Shown: positions 1 through 12,231 of the stretch, piece by piece
How the letters are laid out: every line of letters starts with the position of its first letter
How positions within the stretch are numbered: the stretch's first letter is position 1
Assembly (NCBI RefSeq): GCF_000143415.4
Contig: NW_003314299.1
Location: forward strand, 124,001 to 188,000
Length of the DNA stretch: 64,000 bases
Source: Selaginella moellendorffii
Taxonomy: Eukaryota; Plantae; Lycopodiophyta
Direction: 5' to 3'
Program-made: the position numbers and the translations under genes
The notes under the pieces: model-generated
What the model saw: the letters and a program-made list of their open reading frames with translations, nothing else
Databases searched by the model: none
What the model was told of the DNA's origin: nothing

Positions 1-2361
1 ATTGACACATTCAAGTTGATAAGTTTGGAATTTTCTCTTAGAATCAAGTTATGATTTATTGTCCAAGATACATGTTATAGCCCTATAAGACAATATAATT
101 CTTTGGATCTTGTGAATTTCAACTAAAACACCAAGATAGCTTGGAGGAACATGAGAGATGAGCAGTTCCCTCTCTTGCTGAACATCTAGCTCCTTGTCAT
201 TTACCCTCTAAATGATGAGGAGATGGAGAGCAAGAGTTTATGGAGGCTAGGATAGAGTTTTGGATCTTGTTTCTGAAGAGTTGCTGGCTTGCAAAAAAAG
301 TCAACATGTTAAAAGCTTATATGGTTCTAGTTATGGCTGAAATTAATATCTACAAGCTATGTGAAGCTAATGATCTCATTAGAAATGATTCTCTTGTTTT
401 CTACTAAGTCAAAAGCCTGTAGGCCTTAGAGTCTCTTGACTATAAAAGATATTGTTTGACATAAATGATAATCAATTATTATAAATTGCAATGATCAAAT
501 ACACTAATATTAGTTGTTGATAAAGATTCTGTTAATTCATACGAAGACATTGATAAAATACTTTTTGTGCTTAAAGGCATTTAATATATTTATTTGAATA
601 AAGGCTTATGAATTATCAAGAAAGTAGTACTCAATTAGCTAAGAGAGGATTTTGTCAGTATATATACTAAATTTTTTAATTATATAATATTTTCTTTCTA
701 ATTTTAATATGGATATTGGTATTACCAAAAAGTTAAAATCAAAATTAGTTTTATGAATATAATTGTTTTACTAATTATATTAAACAATTTCTAACACAAA
801 ATTTCCTTTATTAGATTTAAACACTAAAAAGTTGTATGATCTAACTGAATCTATAGTTTTAAGGTTTAGTATTAGAGATTATAGTATAAAATATGTTTTT
901 TATGGGTTTTAGTTATTTACATTCTTGCAAGTGTAATCAATTTTATTTTTAAATTTGTTTTGGATTATAATTAAGTATTTATAAGACTAATGTGACTAAG
1001 TTATGATATATTTGACTAAAAGAAATTCATATATCCATCCTTATTAATTACTAATTTTTAAAATTTATATCCTTTAAATCTTTTAGAATTATCTAATTTT
1101 TACATTTTTCACTTAATTATTTTTAATGGTTTTCATTGTGGTTGATGCACATTTTAATGTGATGAGAATATTTTTTTTCACCCATACTTGCTTATTAATC
1201 CCACTATTATAATGAGGTAATATAAGTTGTTTAACCACTTATAGATGTAATGCATAATGTTTTATTTGAATAAAGTTAATAATGTATTACAAATTTTATA
1301 CTTAATAAATGTTAAAAATATTTATTGCATATATTAAAAATAAGGATAGATATTATGTTTTCTATATCTTTAATTAATTATGCCTAAATATTAAAGATAT
1401 AAGTATTTTATTACTATTATTAAAATTATTCTTATTATATATGAGTTATGGGCAGAAACTTTAATTTTTTATTATTCATAAAAATATTTATATGAGAAAG
1501 TGTGAAAATTTTATCCATGTTTAAGGATCAAATTGGTCATAGGACATAAAATACCATAACTATATTGAGTTTTTATGCAAAATATATTTTTAGTATTCAA
1601 ATATTAAATTTATATGTATTCATTGCAATTTAGAAAAGCTTATGCTTGATTGAGAATTAAACAAATTCAAATTTATAGTCTTAAATTTTAGATGTTGATA
1701 TGAAAATAATTGTTTGAATAAAATTTAAAAACAATATTGTTTATGTCTTCATACTATTGGTGTGAATTTGCTGACTACCTGAAAGACTAAAGTTTTTCAA
1801 ATTAAAAAATATAATAAATTATTAAACGCATTTATATAATAGAGTTTTAATTTTCTAAAGTAATTTATATTTGCAAAACATTCTATGACAAAAATGATAA
1901 ATATATATCTAAATTTTAAATTACCAAGATTTTAGTATATTGTGAAGAATTCATTTCTTAATATATAAAATAATTTGAAATTTAACTATTAACTACATAT
2001 TAAATATTTTAAAATGTAATATAATTTTTTATTATGGATGAGAAATCTATAAATGATTTTCATTTTCTATTTTTGTGTTAAATTTTAATAATTTATTAAT
2101 ATTCCAATAATATATAGTTAACATTTAATTATGATATAATTTTTTATATATGCGTAAATATCCCCATAGCTACTACCATATACCGTTGGCAATTATTTTT
2201 TTTTTGGTTAAATGATCCATCACGAAAAGTGCATAAATATTTATCAATGTAATTTTTTAATATATAATTTTTCTAAATGTAAATTCACCATCCAAACAAC
2301 AAATTATCTCAATTTGTAAATTATTAAAAAGACCAAGAGTACCATGTATGTTATAATATTA

Positions 2362-2498
2362 CAAGTGTATGGCTATGATGCTATATTCTAATATTGTAGC
2401 TGTCGGATTAGTTTCAATCCGGACCTATATAAGTTAGGGTTTTTGGGCTAATTGATATACACATTTCTGTATTCTTATTTCATATTCTATGCATTCAC
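2362..2498 (+). mobile_element. Degenerate solo-LTR fragment of the Gypsy family at 42.2-45.5 kb
   Basis: caagtgtatggctatgatgctatattctaatatt...tagggtttttgggctaattgatatacacattt...gcattcaca aligns by eye with the LTR at 45374-45549. Confidence 0.8.
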
Positions 2499-2683
2499 AA
2501 CATCAAATATTCTTTCTGATAAAAATGTTTATATTAGCCTTTATAAATTCTAAGGTCATTCTAAAAGAATTCTAAATTTACATATTCCATGCACTCACAA
2601 CATCAAATATTCTTTCTGATAAAAATGTTTATATCAGCCTTTATAAATTCTAAGGTCATTCTAAAAGAATTCTAAATTTACAT
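2481..2683. repeat. Tandem direct duplication, 100-bp unit x2
   Basis: catattctatgcattcacaacatcaaatattctttctgat...tctaaattta at 2481 repeats at 2581 with a few substitutions. Confidence 0.95.
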
Positions 2684-2710
2684 TGAATCTTTTCAAAAAA
2701 TTTACATGCG

Positions 2711-4921
2711 CTATTCCTTGCCATCGCTTGTACTGCATTCCGTGTTGGTGGTGTTGCTGCAGCTCCCACTGTCGCTCGCTCTGTTCTTCTTGTGGCTCAC
2801 CTCCAGCAGCAAGCTCATAAGAGCCTCGCACATTCGAAACGCCTCTGGATCTGTCGAGTAAACCATCCACGCGTGATCCAGCTTCCTGTTTGGTCGAACC
2901 ACCACCGAGCCTGGAACTTCAGCGTCTTTGCGTGACACCAGGCCGTCACTCTTCTCGCTGTATCGCAGCTCCAAATGCAGCGCGCACGCTGCCATAGCAG
3001 CAGCCAATGGAAGCACGACGGGAAGCTTGGCAGTGGTGGCAGGGGCCTCTGATGCTGCTCCAGCTAGCGGGAGCCACGGAAGTTCCGCGTGAGCAATGTG
3101 AGAGAGCGTGGAGAGCACTCCGGGCGATTTCCCTGCTTCCGTGTGGAATGACACCACCGGTAGATCAGGCGGCAGAGGATACTTTGCTAAAAACTTCCTT
3201 CTCTTGTCGTGCGTTAGATCCTCTAACGCGGTCATGTCTCCCTGGAAAGAAGAAAAAAGTTTAGAATGAATCAACAGAGAAAGTTTACTACGTTACCTTG
3301 ATGATCTTGCAGATAAGAAGCTCCATGATGCGCCTCGTCTCTACGTCGGCAATCTGGCCCTCGCGAAGAATGTCGGAAGCAAGTGGGCTGCCTCCATACG
3401 GACTTTGTACCAAGACGATGCCCACGACTTTGTCTTTGATTTCGGGCCAGAACATCGATGCTGCTGCCGCTGCGTCAACTCCGCCTTTGCTGTGACCCAG
3501 CAGCACGATTTTCTTTCCTGTTCCCCAGTATAACTCTTCGATGTAATCTTTGAGTTCTCGTGCATTCGTTTCCACCGCAGCCTATGGAAGAGCACTGGTA
3601 TCTTAGAAAGAAAAGAGAGAATGTTATACCTCACTATGTATTCGAGCAATATGACAAGTCAAGCCGAGTTTAGAAAAATATCTCTTTGTATCCACAAAAT
3701 ACAGAGGTCCATGGTTGCTAAAGAGCCCTGCAAGATCGTCATTAGACGTGTGAAATACCACGGACAGTAGAGAAACTTACCAGGAACCAAAAGATATACG
3801 TAATCATTGGGGAGTGCGTGAAGACCGTGACTGCAAGCTTACAAGTATTAGAGTAAACCTTACACGCAAGAAGCAGAATTGGATACCTTATGTCACCAAG
3901 AATTTCCTCGAACCTTTGCGTTCCGTCTTCCACTGGTGGAAAACCCGGCGTTTTTTGCAACCATCCAATATCATCAGCAGAGCCCCTGAGTGTAGTTTGC
4001 ACTCGTGTCATAAGTCTGCAGATACAAGCAACGGAATTCCTTAGAACCGGCCAAAATCAAACAGTGACGCAAAATGCCGACAATCAGAGTTGGCACACTC
4101 CGTTACCTTCTCACTTTTTCATGACCGCATGCAAAACGCAAGTAAGCCATTCTGGTGCAAGCAAATGCTATTCGCAAAGCACATCCAACAGGACAAAACC
4201 TGGGAAAAAGGGAAGGTCTTCGAGTTAAGGGAGTTAGAACATCTAGGACTCAAGCAGCCAGACATGAAACTCAAATCAGATTTACCAGGAACGAAAACAC
4301 TGACCCTTGCCACGGAGCGGGAGAGGAGTTCAAAAAGCTTTGACCCAATGCAGCCCAAAGGGACGTCGCTCGCTCCACCGGATTGCTGGAAATCCCGTTT
4401 TGAGTAGTGACGATCATGCGTGACTCTCCACTGCTTGATGGAGTTGATTCCACTGCTACGGTTGTTTGCCTGACACTAACATCCTGTCCCATGCTTCCCG
4501 CAGGTTCTTCCACGGACTCGTCTACGTGAAAAGAAAAACGAAAGGGAATTACCGACATATGAATGCGAGAAGAACATACCAAGTAAGCTGATAAGCCTGC
4601 GACCAACATAAGACGCTGTTTGAGCTAATCTCGTAGAAACTTCGTTGATGGTCGCAATTGGTATGGTCGATCCATCTTGAGACGATGTAAAAGCAGGCTG
4701 CAAACGTAAGCTCTAGAGATGAGTATGATTTTTCTCTGTATTGACAAAGATTACCACGTCAGAAGCGTCGAGTTCCGAGACAATCACCTCGGCCGATGGA
4801 GGATCTGTAAGACAAAAAAGAAACTGGAAGTTTAGAACAAGAACTTGAGGAGCTAACGCAAGAAAAAAAAAAAGAAGAAAAGAAATCCTCTAAGACGTGG
4901 AGATGGACCTTTGGGCTCCAT
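2711..4921 (-). CDS. Multi-exon alpha/beta-hydrolase (lipase/PGAP1-like, GHSKGG nucleophile elbow)
   Basis: Exon ORFs contain KKIVLLGHSKGGVDAAAA, QSPYGGSPLASDILREGQ, SDGLVSRKDAEVPGS and LDHAWMVY (Ser-Asp-His). Inferred start MEPK|DPPSAEVIV at 4921 with an in-frame stop upstream; stop at 2711. Confidence 0.85.
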
Positions 4922-5369
4922 AAGAAGGATTTCACTAAAGAAACCGGATTGTTAGTAGAAGAGGCAAAGATCGAGTGGAGAAAATTTCGAGCTGACTCCA
5001 ACATCGAGCCTGTCAATCCCTGCTCATTGGCAGGCTAACGCACCCGATCAGCTTACCCTCCAAGAATATTGACGCGCAAAATCGCTTTCCAGACTGCCCT
5101 GCGATCCAAAGAATCACGTGAGCTCCGCGCATTCTCGAATTCCAATGCAAGACAGTGCCGGATCTAGAGATTCACCTCGCACAAAGAACCCTAAATATCC
5201 GAGAAGCCAATCGATCGCGGCGGCGAGACGCAACGCGCGTGGAAAAAGGAGTGGAGATTTTCACTGCGCCATCGCTGTCGCCGCGCCCGCGCCCTCGCTA
5301 AACGCTCACACCACCGAGCGAGAGGAGCGAAGAAAGATTCAAGCGGCGCCAAAAGCATATTCCGTCGGC

Positions 5370-5431
5370 GCCACGTATCGTTCCGTCTTCTACCTGGCTC
5401 AGTACGTGGCGCGTTTTGGTGCTGCCACGTT
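5370..5431. promoter_or_regulatory. Cluster of three ABRE/G-box-like ACGTGGC motifs upstream of the hydrolase gene
   Basis: gccacgta (~5370), tacgtggc (~5403) and gccacgtt (~5424). Confidence 0.45.
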
Positions 5432-7083
5432 TTAATCAGCTGTGCGCTTTCGGCCAATGGACAGTGTGCGGTGTGTGAGATTTGGATAAAGCTTTGGCCT
5501 CTCTTGTTTGACCAGGTCTCTCGGATTTGTGATAATGCAGCCTTTCGTTTGATTGGAGCGCTCGGGGAATTTGCTCCGATAGGCCAGGCGCAGAAAGTTT
5601 TTTTAGTGTGGATTTGTGGGGCAATATGGTGGAATCTACACATATAGGTACTCCACTGCTTCATCTAAGTTGTTCAACCAGCGGATGGCACTTCTCTTAG
5701 CAATGCTTTTAAATAACATGAAATTAATCTAAATATATAGTATGTGTTTTAACTTTAAAAATGTTTTAAGAAAATAACTATTAGAATGGAGCATATAGTA
5801 GACTAATCTAGATTATCTAACTAGTACATGTCACTTACGCAACCAGAAAGAATCTATCCAACTGCTCTATAATAATATTGTAGTGTATGTAAAGCATCTA
5901 CTACAAAGTTGTTATATTGTTTATGTTGTCTCATGACCTTGAATTAGGACATTGAAGAGCATATATTATTCTTATGTAATTATATATTTGGGGAAAACAC
6001 TTATCAAAACACAGTTTTGACTTGGCTACGCATTATCTCCTCGGTAATTGTAAAATCAAAATGAGAAACATTTATTTACTCAAGATAAGATAAGTTAAGT
6101 TCCACAAATATGTAATTGTGCATTCTGGATATATACAAAAACCTATACTGAATATATATATATGTATATATATACATAAAAGATAACCCTAATAATTTTT
6201 ATAAAATTTAAACAAATTATTGAGAGTGAGCAGAATAACATACCAAAAAGAGATGTCATGCATATAAAACTTTGCTTCCAGGATATAAAGATAAAAGTCC
6301 CAGAAACCTTAGTAAAGTTTAATATACTTTCTTCAAGTATGCTTCAAAAATTAGTATGCTAAATTAAACTTATGAACAAAATTCATATTAGTTTGCAAAA
6401 TCCTTATATTCATAGTGTTGAACATATTGAATTTATCAGCTGAAAGATAATGGACAAATTACACTTATAAAATTTCAAGTTCTATATGACATATTGTTTT
6501 TCTTTTCCATTTATTATTTACCACTAAATAACTTCTTACATCACTCAATAATAATGATTATTTTTAAGTTGGAAGGAGAGTAAAAAAAATATAAGGTCAA
6601 TAAGATTTTCAACTTTGGCAAAATGGGCAATTGACAAAAACTTATTATTTACTTAATGTGTTTTATTTTAACAATAATATATTAAATAGTTAAATATGAG
6701 TCTTCTATTTGAACAACATAAAGTTACAAAAAATATTTCTTTCAACATGCCAGCTATCATGATCTTGTGAAATGAATTAGCACCAACATTATACTAGTTA
6801 TTGTTAATCCACATTCTCCTGTTCTTTAGCAATTCAAAATTTTTAAGAAAAGAAATTATAACTATTATTTTAACCATAAATGTAGCAAATTAAAGTCTAA
6901 ATTCAATATTTAAAATGATAAATATTGAGTCGTGACTCTTGAATATTAGGAGAAAAATATGTGTTAAGATGAAAGATCTAAATAATTTATTGCTTAATAA
7001 AGAGTATGAATGTTTCTTAATTTCATGGTTTTTAATTTAAATAATAAATAATTTAAACTTAAAATTAATTTTAATTATATATT

Positions 7084-7208
7084 ATGAGGTTCAAGTGTAC
7101 GGTTACAATGCCGTATACTAATATTAGCATAGTGGGATTTTAGTAGCCATCTAATTGATTTCAATCTGGACCACTTGCTCCTATATATAAACTAAGGTTT
7201 TTTGGTTT
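7084..7208 (+). mobile_element. Truncated solo-LTR fragment (same Gypsy family)
   Basis: caagtgtacggttacaatgccgtatactaatattagcatagtgggattttagtagc...gatttcaatctggaccacttgctcct closely matches 45383-45475. Confidence 0.85.
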
Positions 7209-8455
7209 TCATCCTTCTAGATCCATACAAGTGATAACTACACTAACCACCACTCTCAAACACAGTAAAAATAAGAAAAAATCAAGATTATCAAATAGTT
7301 TAGATTTATCAAAACTATCTAGGAGACAAAACAATTGGAATCTTAGTTCATGTAGCTCGTCAAGAATGTTTGTCAAAGCTTCTCTAAATGATGGATATAT
7401 CTAACTCATAGCTTTATACATATTATATTAAAGAGTATAGATAATATAATTTGATTTATCTATTATTTCTTATTTTAAATATTAAGTCTCTGTTCAAAAC
7501 TATTTTAAGAAGTAAAACTACTCAAAACAGAAATGGAATTTGTCTAATTTTTAAAATACCTTTTTTTGTAACCTGTTGTTAAATTTTGTGAAGTTTAGTT
7601 AATGTAGTAGATGCTCTTTTGATCAATAATTTTTTGGTCAAGATTTGAGCCAAATGGCAAAAGAAAGATGAGCTTGCATTGGAAAATATTGTGGGCCTTG
7701 CAAGTCTGCAGGCCGAAGGACAAATGTTGGTAAACAAAAAGAATCACAACAAGATTCAAAATGATTGAACGTATGGTATGCTTCACCCATCCAAACATTT
7801 CTTCATTTCTTTCCAAATCGTTTTCTTGTTCTTCTACCTTCTATATGCTTCCTTCGTGTTAGATGCGCTTGAATCTTCTGCTTGACGAGAGGATTCTTCC
7901 GGATGCTCCAAACGCCAACGCGTCCGGCTAATCATGACCCTCCATAAACCTGGTCGTTACCGTTCGATGCCTTTAGCTCCGTACACCGCGCCCTCGGTGT
8001 ACGGTACCCTGGGATTTTTAAAATCCGGGCAAAGCCCTCTTGTCGTGGTTTCATCCAGGCATCTTCGAGCGGGAGGAGCGAGAGCGTGCCGCAAGGAGAG
8101 ACGCCCGGCCAGATTTCGATATTTCGATCGCCGCGCATCGCGATCATCCACGATCATCGCAGGTACATTGCGTGTCGAGCGGAATCGCCCCGGTTTTCTT
8201 GCTAGGAAAGGCATCGATCGATCGTCGTCTCACTGCTCTGGCCGCTCCCTCGGCTTTCACGCTTTTCCTCTGCGCGGTTGAATTCCAGGCTAGGATTCCC
8301 GTGATAGGGCTTTGGCATCCCCCCGCTTTTCGCCTCCTCTTTGGCCGCCATTGAATGGCTTCCCCCACATTCCTCGCTTTTCTTTGAATGCGCTCCCAAA
8401 TCTCCTCCTCTCCATGAAAAGCAGGGGCCAAGAAGCAGCGTTTCTTTGCATCGAG

Positions 8456-9487
8456 ATGGCCGCCTCCGAGTCTCCAGCTCCCCAGGTCGCAGAGAATTTC
8501 CCAGACTGCCACGGCACGGCGCCAGCAGCGACAGGCTATGGATGGCTGAGCCCTCGGATTTCGTTCTCGACAGATTTTGGGGTCCTCGCAGGGAAAGATT
8601 CGCCACGCAGGGAGGAGGCATCGGGCGTCCTGGAATGGTCCACCGAATTCGAGTTTAGCCTCTCCATCGAGTGCCCCGGGGGGTCGCCAGCCGACGAGAT
8701 CTTCTGCGAGGGGAAGCTCGTCCCGCTCCAATTGCTGCCCTCGTCTCATCGATCGCCAATCCTGCTCGTCAAGGAGCTGCTGGAGGAGGAATCGGGCGGT
8801 GGCTCATCGCGGGACAGGTCGTGTGCTTCGTCGGGATGTGCCTCGCCTCTCATTGTCAAGTCGGCATCGTTTCCTCCCGGATCGCCCACGGTAGTTCTGC
8901 CAGCCGGGGAGATTTTGGGACGGGGTTTCCACGCCACAGCAAGCAGCAAAGGGAATTCTTCCAAGTCGTACTACCCAGGCCTCCACACTCTCAAGCTCGT
9001 GACGCTGTTCTTCCGGCGGCAATTGGGAAGAACTCCGCCACCAAGGCCAGCTCCTGTTCCATCGCCCAGTGGCGACGGCAATTCGGCGCAACCCGGTGAC
9101 ACCACTCCCTCCGTCATCGAGTTGACACGATCCAGCTCAACTAGCAGCTCCGGAAACTCGCGCCGGCGATCAAAGTCAACCAACTCGGGCCGGATCCTGT
9201 GGATGAATCTGGAGAGGTGTAGCAGGAAGAACGCGGACCAGAGCAAGAACAGGAGGAGGAGGAGAGCGAATCCGGGCGACAAAACAGGGTCGTCGTCGTC
9301 GTCGTCGTCCGGAGCGCCGGGATCTTTCTCGTCGAGCGTGAGGGTGGCGCCGGTTCTAAACGTTCCGATGTGCATGGGGCCGGTGAGGGAGACCAAGAGT
9401 ACACTGGCGGGCCTCCGCAAGCTGTTTCATGGGAGGAAGGCGGGGTTGCAGAGGGTGACTTGGGCTTGTCCGGGCGGCGCAGTCTAG
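8456..9487 (+). CDS. Plant-specific Ser-rich protein, MAKR/BKI1-like 'SADELF' family; apparently intronless
   Basis: Motifs SPRISFSTDF, TEFEFS, SPADEIFCEGKLVPL and C-terminal VRVAPVLNVP. Start could instead be the ATG at 8414. Confidence 0.7.
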   Translation: MAASESPAPQVAENFPDCHGTAPAATGYGWLSPRISFSTDFGVLAGKDSPRREEASGVLEWSTEFEFSLSIECPGGSPADEIFCEGKLVPLQLLPSSHRSPILLVKELLEEESGGGSSRDRSCASSGCASPLIVKSASFPPGSPTVVLPAGEILGRGFHATASSKGNSSKSYYPGLHTLKLVTLFFRRQLGRTPPPRPAPVPSPSGDGNSAQPGDTTPSVIELTRSSSTSSSGNSRRRSKSTNSGRILWMNLERCSRKNADQSKNRRRRRANPGDKTGSSSSSSSGAPGSFSSSVRVAPVLNVPMCMGPVRETKSTLAGLRKLFHGRKAGLQRVTWACPGGAV

Positions 9488-11026
9488 CGGAAAGGCCTGG
9501 AGGAGTTTCGGAGGCTTCGAAACGTTTTCTCGAGTACTATACTATCATAAGGAGGTGACACCGTCCGTTATGCGAGACTAGATCAGGCCTAAATATGATC
9601 GAGTAGCAGCAGCGGCAGAGATGAGCAATCTAGGAGAGATTCTGGCTCCGAAACGTAAACGTAAATCCCAGCAGCGCAGCTATCCGTGACTGAGGTATGT
9701 TTTTAAACTTTTCCTGGAGTTTGTTCTTGCTCCATTGAATTCCTTGCCTGCTGCCTTGGCGATTAAAATACTGGAAAGAGTAATGGGCTCTGTTTGCTGG
9801 CAGGCATGAGGAGCTTTTCATTCGACGCGCTGCGTACGTTTTTCGTCTCGCACAAGACTGACGTCAGCTGTTGGCGGTGGGCGATCTTCTCCGAACTTCT
9901 TCTCTCGCGTCGCTCGGCGGTGACGGCCGATTGAGGAAGGGAATGTCCGCAGCTTTCTGATGAATCCGTGGGCGTTGTTGGAGACAATGAGAGGCCAGCA
10001 GCCGCAGCAGCATTGACAAAAAGGTATGTGTTCTTTTTTCCTCTGAACTCCTCCTTTTTTTTGCTTTCTTTTTGGCTGTGCTTGAGGTTAGAGAGATGTT
10101 GCATGTGCTGCTTTTCTGCTGGTGGTCGTATGCTTGCAGGACGTCTTGTCTGTCTTGTGTGTGCTTGCGCTGCGCAAAGCGCCAGAAATGTGTCTTAGTG
10201 CTGCTGAAGGGAAGGACTGTGCCTCCGCGTACGAGCTTTTCTTCACTTCCTCTGCAAAGGCATGGTTTTGTCAATTTTTTCCGATTGCAACTTCCTGGGA
10301 TCAAAGCTTTTTTCTTTCTTTTATCTTCTAAACTTGTGCGTATCTCTCTCCAGGATGAAACGAACTCCGTCATGCAGCAGGATCAACGTGCAGCAGTGCA
10401 AGAATCTAAAAGCGAAAAGAGCTTGTGCAATGCAAAATCGAACTTCAGTGACACACAAAGGTATGATGTTTGTTCAATCTCAACTTGAGCAGGGATTACT
10501 TCGCTACCAGTAGCACAAACTCTTCACTTGAGCGGACAGCATGGTGAATGCTTCGTAGAACATGAGAACAACGAGAGTATACTCAGGTTTCTTCCGGTTT
10601 AGCGGCTTGAGTGGTGCTCAAACGTTCCTGTGTAAAGGGAGAAATCAAAGATCAGCAAAGGTCATGGTGTGAGATCCTAGCTTTGCTTACAAGAAAAAAT
10701 TCCTTCTCTGCAGCCGACAAATCTGAAGACTGAGTTACCATGATGCGTAAAGAGTTTTCCAACCAAGTTTCAATCGTCAAACCATTTCTACACAATGAGA
10801 TGAAACTAAATGTTCTACCCGCAAATCTGAGCCCATCCATGGAATATTACTATCGCCACTAGCAAACGCAACTTACAAACCCTACCACCTTTTATACACG
10901 CTACCTTTTAGTTTGGAAAAGGTAATGATAAACCCTGGTTAGGGTTGGGGCTTTACTTTTTTCCTAAACCTAGATATATAAACCTGGAATAAACTGTTAG
11001 AGCTCTCTCTTTTTAGGGTTTGTTCA

Positions 11027-12231
11027 ATGCGACAGCTCCATTTGAAGAAAGCTCAAATCTCTGGCGCCCATGATGGGCCGCTTCCATCCTGGGACAGATC
11101 TAGCAGAGGCGGCGGCGGCGTCCGCGGCGGTGAGGAATCCCGGGGAATTGACGAGGCGGCGCTGGCGATCAATCATCTCCTGGGAATCGCTGCTCTGGGG
11201 CTGGTTTGCGTCTGGTGTGGAAATGTAAGGGGAGGTCTGCTCTGGAATTCCCCCAACAAGGATCTCCTCTTCAATGTAAGCTCGATTCGTTTCTTTCTCG
11301 CTGGCTGATCGCTGGATCCACAGTTCCATCCGGTGTTGATGATCGCGGGCTTCGTCTTCGTGCACGGTCAAGGTAAGATCTACTCTATCGATCGAGATTT
11401 TCGGAGAGTTGAAGTGGTCAGCGCATTAATTCTTTCTCTCTCGCAGCGAATCTAACGTATAGAACACTGACTGGCAGCAGGAACTACAAGAAGGCGATCC
11501 ATTTCCTGGCACAAGGATTGGCGCTCGTCCTGGGAGCTGTGGGGTTTCTCGCGGCTCTCAAGTTCCACAATGACAGAGGCATTGACAACTTTTATAGCTT
11601 GCATTCGTGGTTGGGCCTCACAACCATGACACTCTTTGTCACGCAGGTTCGATTTCACAGCCCCATCCTCATTAATTTGATTTTAGTTCTTCAACACTTT
11701 CATGCCTTGTGCGTGGTTTTCTTTCCCTGGAGTTTTTTTTTTCTTCTCTCCTCCCTTTATTCCTCTTTTTCCTTGGTTAAATCCCAGAAACCTTTCCTCG
11801 TTTCAAAACTTTTCTCTCCAGTGATCTCGAAGAGTCTTTCTTCGAGATAGTTTTTTCCTCTTGATGTTCCTTTCAAAGTTCTAGGATGATCCTAGAACTT
11901 TGGAATTTTTGGAATTTTGTTTCTAGTAGAACTTACGCTTGTTTTTTTGCAGTGGACGGTGGGATTCGTCTCATTTTGGTACCCCGGTGGCTCCACCGCC
12001 GCTCGATCTTCCATTCTCCCATGGCACATCTTCTCGGGGATTTTTCTCTACACTTTGAGCCTAGTTACTGCCGAGACGGGCCTTTTGGAGAAGTTAACTT
12101 TCCTCCAAACTTCCAAGGCCATCGAAAGATTTGGCAGGGAATCCACCCTGGTAAATTCCCTGGGATTAATCCTCGTCCTCCTGGGCTTCTTCCATGCGCT
12201 TGCGTTGCTAACACCTAAACCGCCAAGATGA
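11027..12231 (+). CDS. Cytochrome b561 (transmembrane ascorbate ferrireductase), 4 exons
   Basis: LFN|FHPVLM, KAIH, KFHNDRGIDNFYSLHSWLG, LPWHIFSG and GLLEKLTF; four heme-ligand His; GT-AG introns. Confidence 0.92.

Noticed and set aside
9932-9934. Selenocysteine or programmed read-through at the in-frame TGA
   Set aside because: Land plants lack Sec machinery and the flanking peptide has no recognisable homology.
10875-11022. Telomeric repeat tract
   Set aside because: Only scattered single AAACCCT/TAGGGTTT motifs (telo-box-like), not an array.
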